From positions 1-16,320 of the forward strand of contig JBNGDF010000044.1 in assembly GCA_049975265.1 (NCBI GenBank): a stretch of DNA of 16,320 bases. Reading direction: 5' to 3'. Position numbers and translations under genes: made by a program. The DNA is from Fidelibacterota bacterium. GTDB lineage: Bacteria; Fidelibacterota; UBA2242. Every line of letters begins with the position of its first letter. Position 1 is the first letter of the stretch. This document shows, one piece after another, positions 1 to 7,691 of the stretch. The notes beneath the pieces are model-generated. The model was given only the letters and a program-made list of their open reading frames with translations. It did not search any database and was not told the DNA's origin.

Positions 1-120
1 TATTTATCAGTCGGTTACATTAACACTATCTGCAATTTTCAGGGGGTGGTCAGAAATTGAATTTTACTAATATCAATCCCACTTATACAACGTTTAATCA
101 ATGATTTTTACCCACTCTAA

Positions 121-219
121 ACAAGAAGGAACCATAAAGATTATTCGGCTGCTTTTCGGAATTGGCTACGAAATGCCAAAAAATGGAATCCCACTGAAAA
201 GAAGGAGATTTCGTTTTGA
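121..219 (+). pseudogene. C-terminal remnant of a phage-type replication initiator protein
   Basis: Frame 1 reads TRRNHKDYSAAFRNWLRNAKKWNPTEKKEISF*, resembling the KDxxAxxRNW C-terminal motif of phage replisome organizers. Its TGA (217-219) overlaps the dnaB TTG (216-218). There is an in-frame TAA at 118-120 and no usable start codon. Confidence 0.6.
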
Positions 220-1535
220 TAAATATCCACGAACATTCAGAACTGGAATTGGCAATAATTGGGGCAGTTTTAAATGACCCCGATTATTCCCGGAAACATA
301 TTACGGTGCTTCAGCCTGAGCATTTTTACACCGAATCACACCGGGCAATATTCCGGGCAATTCAGAGTCTTTATGACTCCGGGATTACTCCCGATATTAT
401 AAGCGTCAATAATTATCTGCATGAAGTTGGGCTAAATAATCACCTTGATCCATTGATTGCCAGCGTTGAAGATGTTCTACCCCGACAGAGTAATATCCCG
501 ACATCTGGCTTTATCAAACAGCATATCCGGTTATTGATTCAGAAATACATTGAGCGGCAGAACCGTGAACTTGGGAAAAGACTTAGTTCAGGTGGCGATT
601 ATGCGACGATCCGGGCGGAGTATGATAAGAGGATTGCCGACGCTCAAAAATTGCTTACAAGCGACGATATGCAGACCATTTCTGAAAGTTGTCATACTCA
701 AATTTTACAAGAGTTGATCGAAGGGCAAAAACCCAATTTTCTGAAAACCGGATTTCCAGACCTGGATCACAGGATAATTGGTTTTGGAGAAACGGATTAT
801 TGGATTCTGGCGGCTCGAACCGGGCTTGGCAAGACAACGATGGGACTAAACATTTCCTTTGACATTGCCAAGCGTGGTATTCCGACATTATTCATTTCAC
901 TGGAATTACCGGAAACGATGATCTATAAGAAGATCATTTCCGCCGAAGCAAAGATTGATTTTTCAAAAATCCTTTCTGGTCAACTGACAGATTCCGAAAA
1001 ATCAGTCATTGCAGATACCATTGATAAGATTCACCAGAACCCGTTTTACTGTATTGATAATGCTGGAAGCGATATTGATAATATCCTGCTTCGATGTTCT
1101 GAATACATACAGAAAAAATCCGTCCGGTTGATAGTTCTGGACTATATCCAGCTATTGGCAGAGGGTGACAATAAGCATTCTGTTTTATCGGATATTTCCC
1201 GGAAAATCAAACTGTTTGCGTTGTCAAATAGAGTTCCGTTTCTCGTAATTGCGCAGCTTAGCAGGGCGATCGAATCCCGTGTAGATAAGCGTCCGGTTCT
1301 GTCCGATCTTAAGGAATCCGGTTCTCTTGAGCAAGATGCAGACGGTGTTTTATTTATCTCCCGACTCCGTGAAAGTGAAGCCGAAACTCAGGATAACGGT
1401 GATACCAGTAAGACCCGACTCTACATCGGTAAAAACCGACACGGCGGTGAGGGTATGATTGAACTTCGATTCCGTGGTGAATACCAGCGGTTTGAATGCC
1501 CGAGTAGATATTGGAATGGGGTTTTGAATGATTGA
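216..1535 (+). CDS. dnaB: Replicative DNA helicase DnaB-like (element-encoded)
   Basis: N-terminal DnaB domain (ELAIIGAVL, EHFYTESHRAIF), Walker A AARTGLGKT, Walker B IVLDYIQL, QLSRAIESRVDKRPVLSDLKESGSLEQDAD, KNRHG. AAGGAG RBS at 202-207. Confidence 0.95.
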   Translation: MINIHEHSELELAIIGAVLNDPDYSRKHITVLQPEHFYTESHRAIFRAIQSLYDSGITPDIISVNNYLHEVGLNNHLDPLIASVEDVLPRQSNIPTSGFIKQHIRLLIQKYIERQNRELGKRLSSGGDYATIRAEYDKRIADAQKLLTSDDMQTISESCHTQILQELIEGQKPNFLKTGFPDLDHRIIGFGETDYWILAARTGLGKTTMGLNISFDIAKRGIPTLFISLELPETMIYKKIISAEAKIDFSKILSGQLTDSEKSVIADTIDKIHQNPFYCIDNAGSDIDNILLRCSEYIQKKSVRLIVLDYIQLLAEGDNKHSVLSDISRKIKLFALSNRVPFLVIAQLSRAIESRVDKRPVLSDLKESGSLEQDADGVLFISRLRESEAETQDNGDTSKTRLYIGKNRHGGEGMIELRFRGEYQRFECPSRYWNGVLND

Positions 1536-1815
1536 CTATCCGATTCCAAAAGAATTAATTGAACGGCTGGATCGAATCGAATCTAAGTTGACTGTCATAG
1601 GACAGACCTGGCTTTCTGTTTCCGACCTTACCAAATATCTAAAATGTTCTGAAAGTTCAATCCGGCGATTGGTGGCAAAGAACGAGATACCCTTCCGCCG
1701 GATCGGATCACATGGCAAGATCGTGTTCAACCGCCGTCAAATTGATTTTTGGCTTTTATCGGGTGAAAAGCATCCCGGAAAACGAGTCAGAATAATGTAT
1801 CAAGACCTTTTATAA
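1528..1815 (+). CDS. Helix-turn-helix DNA-binding protein, excisionase/AlpA-like (HTH_17)
   Basis: WLSVSDLTKYLKCSESSIRRLVAKNEIPFRRIGSHGKIVFNRRQIDFWL is a typical Xis-family pattern. Overlaps the dnaB stop. Confidence 0.85.
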   Translation: MIDYPIPKELIERLDRIESKLTVIGQTWLSVSDLTKYLKCSESSIRRLVAKNEIPFRRIGSHGKIVFNRRQIDFWLLSGEKHPGKRVRIMYQDLL

Positions 1816-2589
1816 ATGGAACTAAACCGGATATATTAGGGTGATTCTTTGGAGTTAATTCGGGATATTGAATCCGCAAGTATTGATTTAATATGCACGG
1901 ATCCACCCTATTCTCGCTCACTGGCAGATATTTATCGTTGGGAAATAAATATTTCTGATTACGCAGAGACCTTTAGACGGATATTGAAAGATACCGGGCA
2001 AATTGCAATATTCGGAGACTTCCCTACTTCCGTTGAAATCGCAAGCGCTTTTCAGCCATATTTCCAATTCAGGTTTTTCTACACCTGGATCAAGAGCAAC
2101 GGGCAACCTGTTAATAAGAAGCGACCCCGTAGCAACGTTGAACTGATCACAGTCTGGAAAAAACCAAATACCCTGATCAGAGATATTACATTCAATCCTG
2201 TTTACAGACCGGGCAAACCATATCGCAAAATAACCAAAGCAGTTAATCCAACCCGTAAGTCGTCGAAAAGTTATGAGACAAACAATGAGACCGGAAATAG
2301 ATGGCCAGATCAGACGCTTTATTATCCAAGTAAAGACAACCTTCCAATCGCAGAAAGGCAATCTCATCCGACACAAAAAGCAATCGCCTTAATGGGATAC
2401 CTTGTCAAGAGTCTGAGTAATCCGGGAGAAACAGTACTCGACCCCTTTTCTGGAAGCGGATCGGTCGCAGTTGCTTGTTATCACTTGAATCGTAATTTCA
2501 TTGCAATTGAAAAAGACCCAAAATATTATCAGGAATCCATTGATCGAATGAGTAAAGAGAAAAATCACCTATGCCTATCACTTATTTAA
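1816..2589 (+). pseudogene. Orphan N4-C/N6-A DNA methyltransferase (beta class) interrupted by an in-frame TAG at codon 8
   Basis: ATG at 1816 directly follows the upstream TAA and reads MELNRIY*GDSLELIRDI, the usual MTase N-terminus. Catalytic DPPY precedes HPTQK and the SAM-binding LDPFSGSGS. The ORF-track start at TTG 1849 lies downstream of the stop at 1837-1839. Confidence 0.85.
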
Positions 2590-2724
2590 GAAAATTTGCA
2601 GATACTGATTTAAACCCCGTATTTTCGTGTTATTTTAATTTTCTTGGCTTTTCTAATAGTTACTATTAATCAGAACAGATCGTTGCTTAGAGGGTAAATT
2701 AGAGCGGTTTATTGATTTGCGCCT

Positions 2725-2781
2725 GTACAATATATGGTATTTTTTTGAATGTTACTTGACATAGAAAACAATATGGTGTAC
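2725..2781. promoter_or_regulatory. Tandem NrdR-box-like sites upstream of the HTH-integrase operon
   Basis: GTACAATATATGGTAT (2725-2740) and AAACAATATGGTGTAC (2766-2781) compared with the consensus acaCwAtATaTwGtgt; starts are 41 bp apart. Confidence 0.55.
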
Positions 2782-2784
2782 TAT
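2756..2784 (+). promoter_or_regulatory. Sigma70-type promoter of the HTH-integrase operon
   Basis: TTGACA (2756-2761), 17 bp spacer, TACTAT (2779-2784), 26 bp before ATG 2811. Confidence 0.75.
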
Positions 2785-2810
2785 ATTATCAGAATAGGAA
2801 AAGAGCCAAA

Positions 2811-2996
2811 ATGAAAGAATTACTCACCATCAGAGAAATATCAGAAATACAAGGTATACCAACCCGTTGGATTATTAAGTTGATCAAGGCTATGAAATTG
2901 GCTCCGGCTGAGTTCAAAGAGGAGCGCATTCATGCTTTATTACGATTAATCCTGGCAAAGCAAATCGAACTCCTAAAAGATATTAGGGTTAAATGA
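2811..2996 (+). CDS. Small HTH-like protein, possible recombination directionality factor or regulator
   Basis: LLTIREISEIQGIPTRWIIKLIK resembles an Xis/MerR-type HTH start. Purine-rich RBS, and its TGA abuts the integrase ATG. Confidence 0.6.
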   Translation: MKELLTIREISEIQGIPTRWIIKLIKAMKLAPAEFKEERIHALLRLILAKQIELLKDIRVK

Positions 2997-4124
2997 ATGG
3001 CTGGATTGAGAAAAATTAAAGATAAATACTACGCCCGTATCTGGAACCACGGCAAAGAATCTCTAATCCCTCTAAATACTAAACAGGTTGCAAAAGCCAA
3101 AAGACTTCTATCTATTATCAATGAGCGGGAATTGCTATATAAACGTGGTGATATTGAATTTGACGAAATTAAAAACATCAATTACACAAATATTGAAGTC
3201 CTGACAGATCAATACATTGATTACTTGCGAAGCCGTGAAGTCAGCGAAAAGACAATCGGTATATACAAACTTGCCCTGAATGATTTTAAAGAGGTCTTTC
3301 AGGATTGCGATATTGATACAGTGAATTTAGTCTATTTTCGGGACTATATAAGGGCACGGTACAACAATCCTCATACAGCGAATATTAAAATCAGAACCGT
3401 CAACGCCTTTATGAATTTTCTTCATAAATCAAAACGGATAAAATCACAACCGGAGAAAATCGAGCAATTCAAGACACCGGATAAATCCCCAAAGTATTTC
3501 AGCAATCAGTAACTTGTCCTGATTCTCAATGCCTGTAAAAAAAGACGAAAAGAACTTTATTACAGGGTCTTTTTACACCTTAATACCGGGATGCGGCTTC
3601 GAGAATTGGATAATGCTGAGTTAAAGGGAAACCTGATTGAAATTTACCAGCCCTGTAAAAATGGAAAACCCCGAACAATCCCGGTAAACTATGTATCAAA
3701 GAAATATTTTATCTGGTTAAAAGAAAATGGCAAACACTCTCACTGCTTTATTTCAAGAGTGTTTACCGAGATTTTAAAAGAACTGAATCTTTATGAATTG
3801 CCGGACGGATCGACCCGGCATTTTCACAATCTCCTGGATACCTTTGCAACCATCGCTTATTATCTGACAAGAGATATTTTCCAGGTGGCAAAGTGGATGG
3901 GACATTCAAACAACGGCAGACCCGCCGTTGACACGACCGCTATTTATGCCCACTTTGACAGCGAATTACTTCATCAGGATTTCGGAATCAAAAGACTTGT
4001 CATCAAGGATATACAGGAAGCACTTTTGAGAAATTACTGTTTGAACACTGTCACAATAGCAAAAGCACGGGCTTCCAGAGTACGGCAATTCACCCCAAAT
4101 TTATCCTATTCAGTTTATAATTAA
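2997..4124 (+). pseudogene. Tyrosine recombinase/phage integrase, interrupted by an in-frame TAA
   Basis: ORFs 2997-3512 and 3591-4124 share a frame, and reading through TAA 3510-3512 gives PKYFSNQ*LVLILNAC...HLNTGMRLREL (375 codons). It has an N-terminal arm/SAM-like region, TGMR, K in CKNGKPR, MGHS and TTAIY. The HxxR motif reads HNLL. Confidence 0.9.
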
Positions 4125-4275
4125 TGGTCTGACCGGATACCGAAACCGGATACGGAGACCACCTCTTGAAACTTCTCCTCGAGGAGGGTGACTAAAATTG
4201 ACAACCCTCTTTTATCAAAATAATGGCATTTTTAAAGTGAAATATTGGGAGTTTTTTAGTTTTTGTCGTCGGAAG

Positions 4276-4346
4276 AGCGGGTGAAGGGAATCGAACCCTC
4301 GTATCAAGCTTGGGAAGCTTGTGTTCTGCCATTGAACTACACCCGC
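4276..4346 (-). tRNA. tRNA-Gly (anticodon CCC), CCA not encoded
   Basis: Reverse complement GCGGGTGTAGTTCAATGGCAGAACACAAGCTTCCCAAGCTTGATACGAGGGTTCGATTCCCTTCACCCGCT. Acceptor stem GCGGGTG/CACCCGC, anticodon arm CAAGC-TTCCCAA-GCTTG, T-loop GTTCGATTC, discriminator U. Confidence 0.97.
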
Positions 4347-4364
4347 AAAAAAAAGAGCACAAAT

Positions 4365-4393
4365 AATTTAATAGTATCAGACTATTTTCACAA
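4365..4393 (-). promoter_or_regulatory. Putative tRNA-Gly promoter
   Basis: Minus strand TTGTGA, 17 bp spacer, TAAATT, ending 18 bp upstream of the mature tRNA. Confidence 0.5.
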
Positions 4394-4480
4394 TCAAATT
4401 AAGCGTTTCGGCAAGTGAATGTACGGCTTCCGACGGGGGACTTTAGCACCCTTTTTGCACCTGCTTTATTAATTGAATAT

Positions 4481-4528
4481 TTACAAGAATTTGTGGTAAT
4501 TCTCGTCAATAAACACAAAATATAGGGT
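4481..4528. promoter_or_regulatory. Tandem NrdR boxes upstream of nrdJ
   Basis: TTACAAGAATTTGTGG (4481-4496, weak) and ACACAAAATATAGGGT (4513-4528, strong), 32 bp apart, upstream of a ribonucleotide reductase gene. Confidence 0.75.
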
Positions 4529-4534
4529 TTTACC

Positions 4535-4563
4535 TTGACATAAAACCCGCTTAGTTTTATATT
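4535..4563 (+). promoter_or_regulatory. Sigma70-type promoter of nrdJ
   Basis: TTGACA (4535-4540), 17 bp spacer, TATATT (4558-4563). Confidence 0.75.
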
Positions 4564-4632
4564 TGCTGTAACGATTGAAAGCTTACCTTAGGGTAGCAGG
4601 AAAAAAAGAGATTTTTCAAGGAGTTTTTTTTA

Positions 4633-7059
4633 GTGTCTGAGCCCATCGCCATCAACTTCGAGATTCAACATCAGGAAAAACGGGAAGACATTAGTCGGAA
4701 AAGTGTGCCCGTCCCGCCTATTCATGAAGAGAAACCTTCGGACTCGATCTTTTCCGAAAATGCCATGGAGGTGCTGAAGCGCCGCTATCTGTTAAAAGAT
4801 AAATCAGGTAAAATTATTGAAACACCGGATGAACTGCTGCATCGCATCGCCAACGCCATTGCTGTAGCCGATGCCAATTACACCAGCAAAGCCAACATCC
4901 AGAAAACCGCCGAGCAATTCTACCAGATGTTGCATAATAAAGATTTCCTGCCCAATTCACCGACTATTATGAACGCCGGGCGTGAACTGGGTCAGCTGTC
5001 AGCCTGTTTTGTACTTCCCGTCGACGACTCCATGGAATCCATTTTTCAAACCCTGAAAGACACAGCGCTGATCCATAAAAGCGGCGGCGGGACCGGCTTT
5101 TCCTTTAGCCGAATTAGACCGAAAAAGAGTATCGTTCGATCCACCAGCGGAGTAGCCAGCGGTCCGGTCTCCTTTATGAAAGTCTATAACGCCTCCACTG
5201 AAGCGGTAAAACAGGGCGGTACCCGCCGGGGTGCCAACATGGGCATTTTGCGCGTCGACCATCCCGACATTTTGGAATTCATCGACTGCAAACGTAACAA
5301 TGCCGACCTGACCAACTTCAACATCTCGGTCGCCGTAACCGATGATTTCATGGAGAAAGTCCGCAAACGTGAACAGTACGAATTGATCAATCCTGTCGAC
5401 AACAGCGTCACCGGCACTCTGAATGCCGCCGATGTCTTTAAATTAATTGCCCGCAATGCCTGGGCTAACGGCGATCCCGGCGTTATTTTCATTGATAAAA
5501 TCAATAAAATGAATCCCACTCCCAAACTGGGCGATATTGAAGCCACCAACCCCTGCGGCGAACAGCCGCTGCTGCCCAACGAAGCCTGTAACCTCGGCTC
5601 CATCAATCTCGCCAACTTCGTGAAAGATGGCAAAATCGACTACGATCAAATGCGGGAAACAATCAACACCGCCATCCACTTCCTGGATAATGTCATCGAT
5701 GTCAATCGCTACCCGCTGAAAAAAATCGAAACAATGGTAAAAAAGAGCCGCAAAATCGGGCTCGGCGTGATGGGCTTTGCCGATGTTCTGTTTAAACTCA
5801 ATATTCCCTATAATTCCGAAGAAGCCCTCCAACTGGCTGACGAGCTGATGAGCTTTGTCTATAAATCCTCCCGGGACGCCAGTGTAAAATTGGGTGAATC
5901 CCGCGGCACCTTCCCTGCCTGGAATGAAAGTATCTATTTTCCCGACGGACCCAAACTGCGTAATTCAACCTTTACCACCATTGCCCCGACCGGTACCATC
6001 TCCATGTTGGCTGACTGCAGTAGCGGAATAGAGCCTATATTTTCCCTCGTTTTTACAAAAAGGGTCATGGACGGAACCGACCTGATTTACGTCAATCCCT
6101 ATTTTAAGCAAGCCTGCAAAGAGTCCGGGGTTTACTCCGAAGAGCTGATGCGCAAAGTCGCTACAAAGGGCTCGATTCAGAATATGGAAGAAATTCCCGA
6201 AGCTATCAAGAAAATATTTGTTACCGCCCACGACATTACCCCGGAATGGCATGTTCGTATGCAGGCGGCGTTTCAGAAATGGACCGATGCCGCCGTCTCC
6301 AAGACCTGCAACTTCCCAAAATCCGCCACCGTTCAGGATGTCATGGACGCCTACTGGCTGGCTTATGAAGCCGGCTGCAAAGGTATCACCATCTACCGTG
6401 ACGGCAGTCGTGAAGATCAGGTTCTGTATGTCGGCGATAAATCCGATAAATCTGAGCAGAAAGCCGAGACCTCCAACGCCGCTGCTCAGTCGGAAATCTA
6501 TGAGTCCGACCGAATCCATCCCCGTGTCCGCCCTCAGGATACCCGCGGAGTCACGAAGCGAATTCGCACCGGGCTCGGTACTCTCTACGTCACGATTAAC
6601 GAGGATGAAACCGGTCTCTGTGAAGTATTTACCAACATCGGCAAAGCCGGCAGTCAGGCTCAGGTCGAATCGGAAGCGATCAGTCGCCTGATATCCTTAG
6701 CGCTGCGATCCGGAATCGACGCCCGGGATGTTATAAAACAGCTTAAAGGCATCGGTGGTCCCAGCCCGATTTGGGAAAACGGCACCCAGATTCTGTCGAC
6801 CCCTGATGCCATTGCAAAAGCGCTGGAGTGGTATCTCGAGGAGCGCGAAGGAAAGAAAAAGAGCACACCGCTGCACTCCCAGTTTCTGTTTAAGGATGTC
6901 GTTCCGGAGCAGGCGGTTGCAGCCGCCCCGTCTCCGGTCTCCAAAGCTTCTCAGGCAGAAAATAAAAAATCCATCACCACCTGCCCCGACTGTGGCGCCA
7001 CGGTCTATCACGAAAGCGGTTGTGTTACCTGCCCGTCCTGTGGTTTCTCGAAATGCTGA
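4633..7059 (+). CDS. nrdJ: Vitamin B12-dependent (class II) ribonucleotide reductase with C-terminal TSCPD-like and Cys-rich zinc-ribbon region
   Basis: Motifs FLPNSPTIMNAG, QLSACFV, QGGTRRGANMG, ATNPCGEQPL, EACNLGSINL, TIAPTGTIS, CKGITIYRDGSR and C-terminal CPDCG...GCVTCPSCGFSKC. No adjacent nrdB. GTG start with AAGGAG RBS. Confidence 0.95.
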   Translation: MSEPIAINFEIQHQEKREDISRKSVPVPPIHEEKPSDSIFSENAMEVLKRRYLLKDKSGKIIETPDELLHRIANAIAVADANYTSKANIQKTAEQFYQMLHNKDFLPNSPTIMNAGRELGQLSACFVLPVDDSMESIFQTLKDTALIHKSGGGTGFSFSRIRPKKSIVRSTSGVASGPVSFMKVYNASTEAVKQGGTRRGANMGILRVDHPDILEFIDCKRNNADLTNFNISVAVTDDFMEKVRKREQYELINPVDNSVTGTLNAADVFKLIARNAWANGDPGVIFIDKINKMNPTPKLGDIEATNPCGEQPLLPNEACNLGSINLANFVKDGKIDYDQMRETINTAIHFLDNVIDVNRYPLKKIETMVKKSRKIGLGVMGFADVLFKLNIPYNSEEALQLADELMSFVYKSSRDASVKLGESRGTFPAWNESIYFPDGPKLRNSTFTTIAPTGTISMLADCSSGIEPIFSLVFTKRVMDGTDLIYVNPYFKQACKESGVYSEELMRKVATKGSIQNMEEIPEAIKKIFVTAHDITPEWHVRMQAAFQKWTDAAVSKTCNFPKSATVQDVMDAYWLAYEAGCKGITIYRDGSREDQVLYVGDKSDKSEQKAETSNAAAQSEIYESDRIHPRVRPQDTRGVTKRIRTGLGTLYVTINEDETGLCEVFTNIGKAGSQAQVESEAISRLISLALRSGIDARDVIKQLKGIGGPSPIWENGTQILSTPDAIAKALEWYLEEREGKKKSTPLHSQFLFKDVVPEQAVAAAPSPVSKASQAENKKSITTCPDCGATVYHESGCVTCPSCGFSKC

Positions 7060-7083
7060 TGTAAATCTACATTGAATAGCAAT

Positions 7084-7115
7084 AAAAAAAGGGGCTTGAA
7101 ACAGCCCCTTTTTTT
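7084..7115. terminator. Bidirectional intrinsic terminator between convergent nrdJ and frr
   Basis: A7-GGGGCT-tgaaac-AGCCCC-T7. Confidence 0.92.
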
Positions 7116-7133
7116 AATTCTTTGGAAACGACT

Positions 7134-7691
7134 CTATTCGTCCATGATCTCCTGCTCTTTTTTCTTAAGGAGTTCGTCAATTTCCTGGATGAATTTATCG
7201 GTCAGTTCCTGGATTGATTCCATACTGTCGTGACTCTGGTCTTCGGAAATTTCATGCTCCTTTTCCAGCTCCTTAATCATATCGTTGGCATCACGGCGGA
7301 CATTGCGTACCGCAATTTTTCCATCTTCGGCGATTTTATGAGCATACTTCACCAACTCCCGACGGCGCTCCTCCGTCAGTGGCGGTATCGGCAAACGCAG
7401 CAGGTTTCCGTCAACTTGCGGATTGAGCCCCAGATCAGCCGCCTTGATCGCCTTGTCCACAGCCGTCACGGCGCTTTTATCAAACACCTGGATCACCAGC
7501 AGACGGGGATCGGGCGCAGCAACATTAGCTATCTGTTTTAGCGGAATGAGCGAGCCGTAATACTCCACTTTAATGGAATCCAGAATCGCCGGATTGGCAC
7601 GTCCGGTTCGTATCGCCGCCAATTCCTGGTGGATCGTGTCAACGCTCTTTTGCATGCGATCTTCGGTATCTTTTAGGATATCATCAACCAT
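7134..7691 (-). CDS. frr: Ribosome recycling factor
   Basis: IRTGRANPAILD, LPIPPLTEERRRELVK, AVRNVRRDAN; 185 aa; follows pyrH. Confidence 0.98.
   Translation of the reverse strand: MVDDILKDTEDRMQKSVDTIHQELAAIRTGRANPAILDSIKVEYYGSLIPLKQIANVAAPDPRLLVIQVFDKSAVTAVDKAIKAADLGLNPQVDGNLLRLPIPPLTEERRRELVKYAHKIAEDGKIAVRNVRRDANDMIKELEKEHEISEDQSHDSMESIQELTDKFIQEIDELLKKKEQEIMDE

Larger units (their letters stand above)
1..4275. mobile_element. Right-hand part of a degraded prophage/phage-satellite-like integrative element inserted at the tRNA-Gly(CCC) 3' end; left end lies outside the window
   Basis: Co-oriented rep remnant, DnaB, HTH, MTase, HTH and tyrosine integrase genes. The integrase ends about 150 bp from the 3' end of a tRNA. 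The block is visibly more AT-rich than nrdJ and the ribosomal operon. Confidence 0.85.

Noticed and set aside
341..361. Direct repeat CCGGGCAAT within dnaB as possible iterons
   Set aside because: Only two copies, explained by the repeated peptide RAI-F-RAI.
1816..2589. Restriction-modification defence system
   Set aside because: No endonuclease gene is adjacent, and the MTase is embedded in the replication operon like typical phage orphan MTases.
4267..4435. 9-bp inverted repeat CGTCGGAAG / CTTCCGACG flanking the tRNA gene and its promoter
   Set aside because: It is short, one copy lies upstream of the predicted promoter, and there is no supporting evidence for an invertible segment or processing stem. 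Likely chance.
4400..4632. Cobalamin riboswitch upstream of nrdJ
   Set aside because: No B12-box or conserved core is recognisable, and the predicted 5' UTR is only about 60 nt.
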